Shown piece after piece: positions 25,920 through 35,515 of a stretch of DNA of 64,000 nucleotides. A program made the translations under genes and the position numbers. Numbering within the stretch: the first letter of the stretch is position 1; each line of letters begins with the position of its first letter. Origin of the DNA: Clostridiales bacterium (GTDB lineage Bacteria > Bacillota > Clostridia > Oscillospirales > Oscillospiraceae); the NCBI GenBank assembly GCA_012719035.1, contig JAAYBD010000009.1:246-64245 (forward strand), read 5' to 3'. A model generated the notes under the pieces. The model ran no database searches, was not told the origin of the DNA, and saw nothing but the letters and a program-made list of their open reading frames with translations.

Positions 25920-26135
25920 AGGATATTTAATATATAATTGCCAATAAAAACTCAGACAGGTAATAAACAGAGATTTATAATATTGAAAGAATTGCTATTC
26001 TGGGATATAATAACTAAAAGCAGGTATTATATCTAATCAAATAAAATATATCACAATGCCGCTTTGCGGCTGTAACATAAAAGGTATATAGTTTTCTGAA
26101 CGAGCATTAAAAACAGACCATGGGGGTGTATAGCT

Positions 26136-26966
26136 ATGAGCGCGGCAGACGAAATATTCATTCAAAACTGCAAGGATATCTTGGAGAACGGCGTTTGGGA
26201 TACGGACAGAGAGGTTCGACCAAGATGGGAGGACGGCGCTCCTGCACACACCGTCAAAAAATTCGGAATAGTAAATAGATATGATTTGTCAAAGGAGTTT
26301 CCGATTTTGACGCTTCGGCGTACTTATTTAAAATCGGCAGTTGATGAGCTTTTGTGGATTTGGCAGGCGAAATCCAACAACGTGAATGAACTGCGTACAA
26401 GGGTCTGGGATCAATGGGCGGATGAAAACGGCAGCATAGGGAAAGCCTATGGATATCAGCTTGGCATCAAGCATCATTATCCCGAGGGGGATATGGATCA
26501 GGTGGACAGGGTGCTTTTTGATCTCAAGAATAATCCCGCAAGCCGACGAATTATGACGAATATTTATAATTTTGAGGATCTTGCCGAGATGGCGCTATAC
26601 CCCTGTGCTTACTCGATGACCTTCAATGTGTCAGGCAATAAGCTCAACAGCATATTAAATCAGAGGTCGCAGGATATGCTTGCCGCTAATAACTGGAATG
26701 TCTGCCAATATGCCGTCTTGACGCATATGTTTGCTCAGGTCAGCGGACTGGAAGTCGGCGAGATGATACATGTTATCGCAGACGCGCATATATATGACCG
26801 TCACGTTCCAATAATTCAGAAGATTATCACAAATGAGCCGAAAAAAGCTCCAAGATTTATTCTTGATAAGAGCGTGAAAGATTTCTATAAATTTACGCGT
26901 GACAGTTTTACCCTCGAAGGTTACGAATATAGCGAATTCAATGAGAAAATCCCTGTTGCGGTATAA
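26136..26966 (+). CDS. thyA: Thymidylate synthase
   Basis: 276 aa. FPILTLRRTYLKSAVDELLWIWQ and ALYPCAYSMTFNV (catalytic Cys region). Confidence 0.9.
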   Translation: MSAADEIFIQNCKDILENGVWDTDREVRPRWEDGAPAHTVKKFGIVNRYDLSKEFPILTLRRTYLKSAVDELLWIWQAKSNNVNELRTRVWDQWADENGSIGKAYGYQLGIKHHYPEGDMDQVDRVLFDLKNNPASRRIMTNIYNFEDLAEMALYPCAYSMTFNVSGNKLNSILNQRSQDMLAANNWNVCQYAVLTHMFAQVSGLEVGEMIHVIADAHIYDRHVPIIQKIITNEPKKAPRFILDKSVKDFYKFTRDSFTLEGYEYSEFNEKIPVAV

Positions 26967-27033
26967 AACTAAAAATGGACGCAGTAGAGCCGCATTTTGG
27001 ATAAATTTATTACTGAGGTAAAGGAGAGAAAAA

Positions 27034-27543
27034 ATGGACGCAATAGTAGCATATTATCAGAACTGGGGCATCGGCAAAGACGGAACGCAGCCTATAGTTA
27101 TTCCCGAGGATAGAAAGCGTTTTCAGGAAATGACAGAGGGTGCAACCGTCATCGTAGGGCGGCGTACCTTAGAAGATTTTCCGGATGGCAAGCCGCTCAA
27201 AAACCGCAAAAATATCGTAATGACACGTCAGGATATCGAAATTGAGGGCGCAACTGTTGCCCACAGCGTTCAGGAAGTTCTGGAAATGGTTAAGGATCAG
27301 CCGCGTGTTTATGTCATTGGGGGCGAAAGTGTCTATGAGGCCCTTGTTCCCTATTGCGAGAAAATATACATTACCAAGATCTATGCAAAACCGGAATGCG
27401 ATGCTTTTTTCCAGAATCTTGACGAGCAGTTTGCGTGGTCATTTGAAAGTGAAAGCGAGATAATGACCTCTTCAACAGGTCACAGGTATCAATATTATGT
27501 TTATGAGAAGTATTATATTACAGATAATATAAAAAAACTCTGA
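27034..27543 (+). CDS. folA: Dihydrofolate reductase
   Basis: 169 aa. NWGIGKDG, VIVGRRTLEDF, VYVIGGESVY. Directly follows thyA. Confidence 0.85.
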   Translation: MDAIVAYYQNWGIGKDGTQPIVIPEDRKRFQEMTEGATVIVGRRTLEDFPDGKPLKNRKNIVMTRQDIEIEGATVAHSVQEVLEMVKDQPRVYVIGGESVYEALVPYCEKIYITKIYAKPECDAFFQNLDEQFAWSFESESEIMTSSTGHRYQYYVYEKYYITDNIKKL

Positions 27544-27639
27544 TGCTTTCTCCGGTAATTTAACAAATATAACAATTGACATTATATAATAAAAGCAGTA
27601 TATTTGTTACAGACTTTTACGCATTACAATGTTGAATTA

Positions 27640-27890
27640 GTCAAACGCGTTGATGGGGACAGGAAAAAGCCTTAGCAGATTCAAGAGAGCTGTCGTCTGG
27701 TGAAAGACAGTATCTGCCGCTGATTTCATATCACCCCTGAGCGGTATGCTGAACTTTTAGTAAGCATTTCCGGGTCTTCCCGTTACAGAAGCGGACGCTT
27801 GCCGACGTCTATGAGTGGCCCTAAAAATGGGCAACAAGAGTGGTACCACGGATATTTACCTCCGTCTCTTATTGGGAGACGGAGGTTTTT
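27640..27890 (+). promoter_or_regulatory. T-box leader (predicted Ile specifier AUC) with intrinsic terminator
   Basis: AGAGAG (27683-27688). GGTGAAA distal loop. ATC-A at 27730-27733 just before the closing CCCC stem. T-box motif AAGAGTGGTACCACGG (27835-27850). Terminator CCTCCGTCTC-ttattg-GGAGACGGAGG-TTTTT (27859-27890). A weak TTGTTA/TACAAT promoter lies at 27604-27630. Confidence 0.8.
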
Positions 27891-27928
27891 GTTATTAAAA
27901 ACATAGTTTAAAAAAGGACTGATACTCA

Positions 27929-29125
27929 ATGCTGATGCTTGATAAGATTTACCATGCGGCTTTTACAATGAAAAATGCAATCCGCCAGACAGATTTGATA
28001 TACGCACCAAATATCCCTTCTGAGGGGGAGCTGTACCTTAAAACCGAGAACCTACAAGTGACGGGGTCTTTTAAAGTCCGCGGGGCATATTACAAGATCA
28101 GCCAACTGTCCGCAGAGGAAAAAGCGCGGGGTGTTATAGCCTGCAGTGCAGGAAACCACGCTCAGGGAGTTGCGCGTGCCGCGGCAATGGAGGGGATATC
28201 TTCGAAAATCTGTCTTCCGGACAACGCACCTATCAGCAAAATTGAAGCGACAAAAAATTATGGTGCGGAGGTCGTTCTTGTTAACGGCGTTTATGACGAT
28301 GCATATGCAAAATCCCGTGAGCTGGAGAAGAGCGAGGGCAGGGTTTTCATACATCCTTTTGACGATGAGGATGTTATAGCAGGTCAGGGGACTATCGGGC
28401 TTGAACTTTTGGAACAGCTTCCCGATATGGATGCGGTGATAGTACCCATCGGCGGCGGGGGGTTGATATCTGGTGTTGCCTTTGCCGTTAAAACACTAAA
28501 TCCGAGATGTAAAGTTTACGGCGTTCAGGCGGCGGGAGCTTCTGCGATGGCAAATTCGGTCAGGGACGGGATGATAGAAACGTTACCGGGCGTTGCCACA
28601 TTTGCCGATGGAATTGCTGTAAAGCGCCCCGGTGATTTAACATACGATTTGGTCTCCAAATACGTGGATGAAGTTGTGACTGTTACAGACGATGAGACTG
28701 CGACGGCTGTTTTAGCACTTATCGAGCAGCAAAAGTTAATAGCAGAGGGTGCAGGAGCAGTTGCGGTTGCGGCGGCGATGTTCGGCAAAGTGGATATAAA
28801 GGGTAAAAAGGCGGTTTGCATTGTCAGCGGAGGGAATATAGACGTAAACATTCTTAGCCGTGTCATAACGCGGGGATTGCTGAAGGCAGGACGATTTGTT
28901 AATCTTTGTGTTGCGCTGACAGATAAACCCGGGCAGCTCGAACTCGTCTCCAGAGTAATTGCAAAGCAGGGAGGAAACGTTGTCTCTGTATACTACAACA
29001 GGAGCGAGGAAAATATGGCAATAAACTCCTGCTTTCTGACTCTCCAGCTTGAAACACGAGACTATGCACAGGTCGAGGCAATACGAAAAGCGCTGAAAGA
29101 AGAGGGCTTTGAAATAGTACCTTAG
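27929..29125 (+). CDS. ilvA: Threonine ammonia-lyase (biosynthetic threonine dehydratase, single ACT-like domain)
   Basis: 398 aa. PLP lysine block QVTGSFKVRGA and GGGGLISG. Confidence 0.85.
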   Translation: MLMLDKIYHAAFTMKNAIRQTDLIYAPNIPSEGELYLKTENLQVTGSFKVRGAYYKISQLSAEEKARGVIACSAGNHAQGVARAAAMEGISSKICLPDNAPISKIEATKNYGAEVVLVNGVYDDAYAKSRELEKSEGRVFIHPFDDEDVIAGQGTIGLELLEQLPDMDAVIVPIGGGGLISGVAFAVKTLNPRCKVYGVQAAGASAMANSVRDGMIETLPGVATFADGIAVKRPGDLTYDLVSKYVDEVVTVTDDETATAVLALIEQQKLIAEGAGAVAVAAAMFGKVDIKGKKAVCIVSGGNIDVNILSRVITRGLLKAGRFVNLCVALTDKPGQLELVSRVIAKQGGNVVSVYYNRSEENMAINSCFLTLQLETRDYAQVEAIRKALKEEGFEIVP

Positions 29126-29137
29126 CAGCGGATATTG

Positions 29138-29180
29138 AAAAATCCCGCAGAATTATAATTCTGCGGGATTTTTGATTTTT
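29138..29180. terminator. bidirectional terminator between convergent ilvA and rluD
   Basis: AAAAATCCCGCAGAATT-at-AATTCTGCGGGATTTTT, a perfect palindrome with A/T runs on both sides. Confidence 0.8.
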
Positions 29181-30099
29181 ATCCGATTGGCTCTCCAAGA
29201 CGTGACAGGACATCCTTAAAATAATCCGGCAGCTCGCTTGTTAGTTCGCAGGGAGCATTTGTGCGCGGGTGTATAAAGCGTAGGCTTCGGGCGTGCAGGC
29301 ATTGACCTTCGAGACCTTTTTCCGCACGTTTTTTCCCGTAGACCATATCGCCCAGAAGAGGATGACCGATGTATGCCATGTGGACTCTTATCTGGTGCGT
29401 GCGCCCCGTTTCCAAACGGCAGCGGACATGGGTATAGCCGTTATAGCGGGAGATAACCTCATAATGAGTTACAGCGCTTTTTGAATTGTGCTCTGTAACT
29501 GCCATGCGCTTTCTGTCCGCAGGGTGGCGTCCTATCGGTGCATTGACAATGCCCGAGTCATTACGTATTCCACCGTAGACAAGCGCCTCATAAGTGCGAT
29601 TCAGGCTGTGATCCGCAAGCTGCGCGGATAAAAACCGATGGGCATAGTCGTTTTTTGCAACTATGAGCAGTCCTGAAGTGTCCATGTCTATCCTATGGAC
29701 TATTCCCGGGCGCTTTTCGCCTCCTACGCCCGAAAGACTGTTTCCACAGTGCCAGAGCAGGGCGTTGACAAGTGTTCCGCTTGTGTGCCCCGGAGCAGGA
29801 TGAACGACCATGCCGCGCGGCTTATTAATAACTGCAAGATCGTCATCTTCAAAAACAATGTCAAGCGGAATATCCTCCGCAGCTATTTCCGTTTCCTCAG
29901 CCTCAGGGATTTCGACAACGAAAATTTCTCCTGCTGTTACGCGGTGATTCTTTTTTATAGGACCGCAACGCAGGGTAACGGCGCCCTGTTCAATGAGCCG
30001 CGCCGCCTGTGAGCGTGTGATTTCTTCGATTTCTTTAGCAAGGAGAGCGTCGATACGCTCGCCGCTCTCCTGTGCCTGAACAGTGTATGTGTTTGTCAT
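29179..30099 (-). CDS. rluD: RluA-family 23S rRNA pseudouridine synthase (RluD-like) with S4 domain
   Basis: 306 aa. HRIDMDTSGLL catalytic Asp motif. Conserved position after lspA. Confidence 0.85.
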   Translation of the reverse strand: MTNTYTVQAQESGERIDALLAKEIEEITRSQAARLIEQGAVTLRCGPIKKNHRVTAGEIFVVEIPEAEETEIAAEDIPLDIVFEDDDLAVINKPRGMVVHPAPGHTSGTLVNALLWHCGNSLSGVGGEKRPGIVHRIDMDTSGLLIVAKNDYAHRFLSAQLADHSLNRTYEALVYGGIRNDSGIVNAPIGRHPADRKRMAVTEHNSKSAVTHYEVISRYNGYTHVRCRLETGRTHQIRVHMAYIGHPLLGDMVYGKKRAEKGLEGQCLHARSLRFIHPRTNAPCELTSELPDYFKDVLSRLGEPIG

Positions 30100-30974
30100 T
30101 AGTCTTTGAACTCCGCAATGATATCTTCCAATGTGAAATCCGCGCCGCTCTTTTTTGCGGGCTGAGAGGGCTTATTGGAACGTTCCTCAAAAACATCGGG
30201 TTTAGAGGGGGATGCGGGTTTGGGGTCGGAAACAGGATTTATCTGTTCCTTTAAATCCGGTTTGGGCATGGGTGAGGGTTTTACAGGGGGAACCGGCTTG
30301 CTGTCTTTATCGAACTCGGGCATATTCCAATCCGTAAAGCGGTCTTCATTATTACGCGCGGACGAAGCCTCGGCACGTTTTGCGGCTAATTCAGCTTCAA
30401 TAGTCTTGCGAACTTCAACAACAGGCCTCTTGAGCTGGGTAATATAGTCCGAATTCCTTATAGGACGTTCACTTGCCTTGGGCATGGGACGCGGAAGCTC
30501 TTTTTCCGGCAGTTTATCGGTATATTCCTCAGGCTCTTTGTGGAAAATGATATAAAAGCAGAAAATTATTCCGCAGACTGTAACGAAAATATCTGCAACA
30601 TTAAAAACTGCAAACTCTGCAAATTCAAAATGGAACATATCCACTACATAGCCGTTAATAATACGGTCGATGCTGTTTCCAAGTCCGCCCGCAGTTACCA
30701 TGACAAGCATCCAGCGCCCAAGCTTCCCTTTAATAATATCCTTGGACAGCATGTAGATGACAGCAACAGTGAACAGAAGTGTCAATATGACAAAAAACCA
30801 TCGCCCGCCGTCAAGTATATTGAAAGCAGCGCCGGTGTTATGAACATTCATCAGTTCAATAAAGCCGGGGATAAAAGGTATACGCCCGGTATTCAGCGCA
30901 ATATTAATGGTTGTCCAATATTTAACTGCCTGATCGAGAATTAGGATGATTACCGCTACTATTGCATACAGCAT
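30099..30974 (-). CDS. lspA: Signal peptidase II with an approximately 140-aa Pro/Lys-rich C-terminal extension
   Basis: The N-terminal about 150 aa is a typical LspA (NTGAAFNIL, GNSIDRIINGYVVDMF, FNVADIF). It is followed by a non-membrane tail rich in P, K and E. Confidence 0.85.
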   Translation of the reverse strand: MLYAIVAVIILILDQAVKYWTTINIALNTGRIPFIPGFIELMNVHNTGAAFNILDGGRWFFVILTLLFTVAVIYMLSKDIIKGKLGRWMLVMVTAGGLGNSIDRIINGYVVDMFHFEFAEFAVFNVADIFVTVCGIIFCFYIIFHKEPEEYTDKLPEKELPRPMPKASERPIRNSDYITQLKRPVVEVRKTIEAELAAKRAEASSARNNEDRFTDWNMPEFDKDSKPVPPVKPSPMPKPDLKEQINPVSDPKPASPSKPDVFEERSNKPSQPAKKSGADFTLEDIIAEFKD

Positions 30975-31046
30975 TGCGGATACCCCCTGTGATAAATTTT
31001 TTGTTCAGCGGCAAGGTTCGTTTGCCTGCCGCTGATTCGATTCATT

Positions 31047-33857
31047 TTATTCGGTAAGGGCGGCGGCACAACGGGGGCAAAGCTCCGGATGCTCCGCGTG
31101 CTCGCCAACGTGCTCACTGTGCATCCAGCAGCGTATGCACTTAGGTGCGGAATTGGATTCGACAAGAATGGTGACGCCCTTGAACTCATCTCCCTCATAG
31201 CCCTTACCCTCTCCGTAAACAACTTTTGTTTCGGAAACGATGAACAGGGTTGAAAGAGGCATGGAAGCGATTTTTTCAAAGTTTGCTCTTGCACTGTCAG
31301 ATACAAAGAGCGTTACCTTTGCCTCAAGCGGCTTTCCTATTATCTTTTCTGTGCGGGCAAGCTCCAAAGCCTTGTTCACATCGTCGCGAAGACCGATGAT
31401 TGCGTTGAAGCGCTCTTCGGTTTCAGCGTCAAATACGTATTCGGTGTTTATCTTGGGCATATCATTGAGCATCACGTGCTCGGGGTTTGCGCTCTTGTCA
31501 TGGTTCATGGACAGCCATATCTCATTTGATGTGAATGCAAGTATGGGAGCGATAAGACGAACCATGGCATCCAGAATCTCATACATCGCGGACTGGGCGC
31601 TGCGGCGCAGCAGGCTGTCGCGCTTTTCGCAGTATAGCCTGTCCTTTATAATGTCCAGATAGAAGTTTGACATGTCCATAACGCAGAACTTGTGGACTGC
31701 ATGGACGACATTATAGAACTCATAGTTCTCGTAAGAGGAGGTGCAGCGCTCGATAAGTTTATTCGTGCGGACGAGCGCCCATTGGTCAAGCTCCTCCATA
31801 TCGGAGAACGCAACGCGGTTATCGGGGTCAAAGCCGTAAAGGTTTCCAAGCATAAAGCGCGCGGTGTTGCGTATTTTCAGGTAAGTGTCTGAGAGCTGCT
31901 TGAAAATCCCGTCAGAACAGCGCATATCTACGCGGTAATCGGCGCTTGCCGCCCATAGACGCATGAGGTCTGCACCGTATTTAGGGATAAGCTCATCGGG
32001 CAGGACGCTGTTTCCAAGGCTCTTGTGCATCGCCTTGCCCTCTCCGTCAACTGTCCAGCCATGGGTGAGCACAGCCTTATAAGGTGCGCTGCCCTTTGTT
32101 GCAACGGCTGTGAGCAGGGAGGATTGGAACCAGCCGCGGTATTGGTCTGCGCCTTCGAGGTAAAGGTCAGATGGCCAGTCGCTGGGGCTGTCATGCTCAA
32201 GCGAAGCATAATGCGTTGAGCCTGAGTCGAACCAGCCGTCCAGAGTATCGGTACCTTTTGTAAAGTGATTGCCGCCGCATTTCGGGCAGACGGAGCCTTC
32301 CGGCAGGAAAGCGGAAGCGTCCATCAAAAACCATGCATTAGAACCGTGTTCACCGAAGATTTTGGAGATGATCTCAATGGTTTCCGGTGTGCAGATCGGC
32401 TCTCCACAGTCCTCGCAGTATAAAACAGGTATGGGGAGACCCCACTGACGCTGGCGTGAGATGCACCAGTCGGCTCTCTCGCGAACCATGGATATGATGC
32501 GGTCGTGACCCCACTCGGGAAGCCATGTGACGCTTTCGCAGGACTTTATTGCCTGCTCCTTGAAAGCATCGACAGAGCAGAACCATTGGTCTGTGGCGCG
32601 GTATATTATGGGCTTTTTGCAGCGCCAGCAGTGGGGGTAGGAGTGGTTCATCGTCTGTGATGCGAGCAGAGCGCCGCAGTCATCCAGATCCTGCAAGATC
32701 GCGTCGTTTGCCTTTGCGTAGAACATACCCTCGTATTTGCCTGACTCTGCGGTCATATGTCCGCGATCATCAACCGGAACGATTATACCTATGTTCGTTT
32801 TACCGCTGTGATCGTATTTCTGGCAGACGAGATAGTCGTCCATACCATGTCCGGGAGCGGTGTGGACGCAGCCCGTACCGGCATCTAATGTTACGTGTTC
32901 GCCGTTTATAACGATGCTCTCGCGGTCGTAGAGCGGGTGCTTTGCGCGCATCAGCTCAAAATACGAACCCTTCTGCTCGGTAAGAATTTCAAAGCTTTCA
33001 ATTCCGGCAGTCTTTGCGACATTTTCGGAAAGCTCTTTGGCAAGGATATAGACTTCACCACCCGGTGTCTTGGCAAGCACATAGCTGAGATCGGGGTTGA
33101 GGCTGATTGCAAGGTTTCCCGGGATGGTCCACGTGGTAGTGGTCCATATTACGAAATAGATATTATTCAGATCGGTATATTTTGACAGTTTGCCGAGGTC
33201 ATCGGTTACTTTAAATTTAACATATATGGACTTGCAGATATCGTCGCCATACTCGATTTCTGCCTCAGCAAGGGCGGTCTCATCGTGGCAGCACCAATAG
33301 ACGGGCTTTTTACCGCGATAGATGTAACCCTTTTCAAACATCTTCCCAAAAACCTTAACTTCCTCCGCCTCAAAAGCGGGGTCCATGGTGAGGTAGGGCT
33401 TGTCCCACTCGCCTAAAACACCAAGACGTTTGAACTGGTCGCGCTGGATATCCACAAAATTGCTGGCAAAGTCACGACAGGCATCGCGGAATTCGGGAAT
33501 GGACATTTTCTTTCTGTCCAGCTTATTCTGCTTTATGATGGCACTTTCTATGGGCATACCATGGTTGTCCCAGCCGGGAACATAGGGAGCCTGAAAGCCC
33601 GACATATTCCTGTATCTTATTATGAAGTCCTTAAGGCACTTGTTCATGGCGGTGCCCATATGGATATATCCGTTGGAAAACGGGGGACCGTCATGAAGAA
33701 TAAACCTCGGCTTACCCTCATTTCGGGCTATCATCTTGTGATAGATGTCGTTGTCATACCAGCTTTTAAGCATGTCCGGCTCGCGCGCCGGCAGTGAGGC
33801 GCGCATAGGGAAATCGGTTTGCGGAAGGTTAACTGTTTTATTATAGTCCTGTGACAT
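31047..33857 (-). CDS. ileS: Isoleucine--tRNA ligase
   Basis: 936 aa. HDGPPFSNGYIHMGT (HIGH) and KMHKSLGN (KMSKS). C-terminal Zn-ribbon CIRC...CPRC. Confidence 0.95.
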   Translation of the reverse strand: MSQDYNKTVNLPQTDFPMRASLPAREPDMLKSWYDNDIYHKMIARNEGKPRFILHDGPPFSNGYIHMGTAMNKCLKDFIIRYRNMSGFQAPYVPGWDNHGMPIESAIIKQNKLDRKKMSIPEFRDACRDFASNFVDIQRDQFKRLGVLGEWDKPYLTMDPAFEAEEVKVFGKMFEKGYIYRGKKPVYWCCHDETALAEAEIEYGDDICKSIYVKFKVTDDLGKLSKYTDLNNIYFVIWTTTTWTIPGNLAISLNPDLSYVLAKTPGGEVYILAKELSENVAKTAGIESFEILTEQKGSYFELMRAKHPLYDRESIVINGEHVTLDAGTGCVHTAPGHGMDDYLVCQKYDHSGKTNIGIIVPVDDRGHMTAESGKYEGMFYAKANDAILQDLDDCGALLASQTMNHSYPHCWRCKKPIIYRATDQWFCSVDAFKEQAIKSCESVTWLPEWGHDRIISMVRERADWCISRQRQWGLPIPVLYCEDCGEPICTPETIEIISKIFGEHGSNAWFLMDASAFLPEGSVCPKCGGNHFTKGTDTLDGWFDSGSTHYASLEHDSPSDWPSDLYLEGADQYRGWFQSSLLTAVATKGSAPYKAVLTHGWTVDGEGKAMHKSLGNSVLPDELIPKYGADLMRLWAASADYRVDMRCSDGIFKQLSDTYLKIRNTARFMLGNLYGFDPDNRVAFSDMEELDQWALVRTNKLIERCTSSYENYEFYNVVHAVHKFCVMDMSNFYLDIIKDRLYCEKRDSLLRRSAQSAMYEILDAMVRLIAPILAFTSNEIWLSMNHDKSANPEHVMLNDMPKINTEYVFDAETEERFNAIIGLRDDVNKALELARTEKIIGKPLEAKVTLFVSDSARANFEKIASMPLSTLFIVSETKVVYGEGKGYEGDEFKGVTILVESNSAPKCIRCWMHSEHVGEHAEHPELCPRCAAALTE

Positions 33858-34029
33858 TTTGCATTGGCTCCTATCTGAAATAAGTGATACCTGTTAAATG
33901 GCGGCTTTGTGTATTATTAAACCGCAGAATCCTTTGCCCAAAGGAGAAAGAAAGTATATAAATAATAGCCGCGGGGCGCGGCACAGCGTTACAGCGTATT
34001 ATGCCCCGCCCCGACAATATTTATTGTGA

Positions 34030-34725
34030 TTATTTCCCAAATCGGAGATTTTCAAAACTGAACTGGCCACCCTGAGCATTTGCGCTGCTTGCAGAAAACA
34101 GGCGGGTTGGTTCCTCGGCGCTGTTTGCGGGAGACTCGGCTTTATTAGTAACGACCCTGCGAATCTCCTCATCTGCGTCGCCGGCATCTGAAAAGCTCTC
34201 GACGGAGTTTTCGATGCTGCGAACAGTTTCGTCAACTGTCTGAGAAGTGGAGGAGGGGCGAGCAAGATCTTCAAGCTTCATGCTTTGAAGGCTATCCAAA
34301 AAGTCAAGCTGCTTTGAGCAGAGCAGGCGCATGTTTTCTATGTACTGGGTGCTTTCACGCTTTGCTTCAAGAAGCTTTGCTTCCTCTGTGGCGCGCTGGG
34401 TATATGCTTCGCGGGTTATCCGCTCCGCCTCATTGCGGGCGTTGGCGAGCATCTCATCAGCTTTTTGACGCGCCTCTTCCTCAAGCTGGGTAGCCAGCTT
34501 TTGAGCAGAGAGCAAAGTCATGCGCATAGAGTCTTCTGTGGCTCTGTACTCCTCTATTTTGTCCACAAGAACCTTCATTTTGCTTTTTAGAACCATATTT
34601 TCCTTCGCGACGGCTGCATAGTCATTAGCAGCCTCGTCAAGAAAATCATCGACTGCTCCCATATCGTAGCCGCCGAAAAGTGCCTTTTCAAAGGTTTTTT
34701 CCCTAAAATTTTGAGGTGTCAGCAT
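34030..34725 (-). CDS. divIVA: DivIVA domain cell-division protein
   Basis: MLTPQNFREKTFEKALFGGYDMGAVDDFLDE followed by coiled coil. The ATG at 34725 is preferred over the track start at 34773. Confidence 0.85.
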   Translation of the reverse strand: MLTPQNFREKTFEKALFGGYDMGAVDDFLDEAANDYAAVAKENMVLKSKMKVLVDKIEEYRATEDSMRMTLLSAQKLATQLEEEARQKADEMLANARNEAERITREAYTQRATEEAKLLEAKRESTQYIENMRLLCSKQLDFLDSLQSMKLEDLARPSSTSQTVDETVRSIENSVESFSDAGDADEEIRRVVTNKAESPANSAEEPTRLFSASSANAQGGQFSFENLRFGK

Positions 34726-34840
34726 ATCCAAAAGCCCTTTCTTTTTTGTTGAAGCGCAAAACCTGATATTCATTAATCAGAAATCAGATATGGATTTGCA
34801 GCTTCGCGAGATGAGAGATTTATAACACTGCATGCATTTA

Positions 34841-35344
34841 CTACATATAAAGCCCGCTGTTTTCGATCTCATCGATCAGATCGCCCATCACGTCGACATT
34901 ATAGGGGGTGATGATGTAGGAATTGGCGGCAATTTTTCTGATTTTGCCGTCAAGTGCATATGCAACACCGCTCAAAAAGTCGATAAGACGGCGTGCCGTA
35001 TCTTTGCTCGTCTGCTCAAGATTCATGACAACAGAACGCCTCTCACGCAGGTGGTCGGCGATTTCCGCAGCAGTTTCAAACCGTTCCGGTTTGACCAGCA
35101 CTACCTGAGCCTGAGGAGGACCGCCGAGATTTACGACTTTATCACGCTTTGCGGGCGCGATTGGATGAGTGTCATAATCCGAAAAAGGATTACGGCGTTC
35201 GGTTGGTGCTGCATATTTTTTTGTAGTATCGGCAGCCGGAACACGTGTTTCCGCCGGAGTTTCGGAATATTCATCTCCGAATTCGTCATATTCATCGCCG
35301 CTGTAGGGGCGAGTGAGCTTTTTCAGCTCGTCAAAAAGACCCAT
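34841..35344 (-). CDS. sepF: Cell division protein SepF
   Basis: VVLVKPERFETAAEIADHLRERRSVVMNLE...ARRLIDFLSGVAYALDG. ATG at 35344 (MGLFDELKK) chosen. Confidence 0.85.
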   Translation of the reverse strand: MGLFDELKKLTRPYSGDEYDEFGDEYSETPAETRVPAADTTKKYAAPTERRNPFSDYDTHPIAPAKRDKVVNLGGPPQAQVVLVKPERFETAAEIADHLRERRSVVMNLEQTSKDTARRLIDFLSGVAYALDGKIRKIAANSYIITPYNVDVMGDLIDEIENSGLYM

Positions 35345-35515
35345 AATAAAGACCTTTCCCTTCGCAGTACAAAAATACAAAACAGAAATACTTTATAGCG
35401 CTTTGCATATTAGCCGAAAAACGGCTGGTACCTATAATGAAGAATTATTCAAAGCTTGTTCGTGTAATCTTAATAATTAGGGCAGTCGTGCCGGATAATA
35501 GTCTTTTTATTATAC

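Noticed and set aside
27586-27600. TTGACA and TATAAT hexamers upstream of the T-box as its promoter
   Set aside because: The two hexamers are only 3 nt apart, so they cannot form one sigma-A promoter. The weaker TTGTTA/TACAAT pair at 27604-27630 is a better candidate.
27712-27714. First ATC triplet as the T-box specifier codon
   Set aside because: ATCTGC here pairs with GCAGAT on the 5' side of the AGAGAG bulge, so it is part of the stem. The ATC-A at 27730-27733 sits in the loop position expected for a specifier. Both read Ile anyway.
33858-34029. Expected T-box leaders upstream of ileS, proS (48872-49070) and hisS (58811-58916)
   Set aside because: The leaders are too short and I found no GGTGGTACC-type T-box motif or terminator/antiterminator pair in them.
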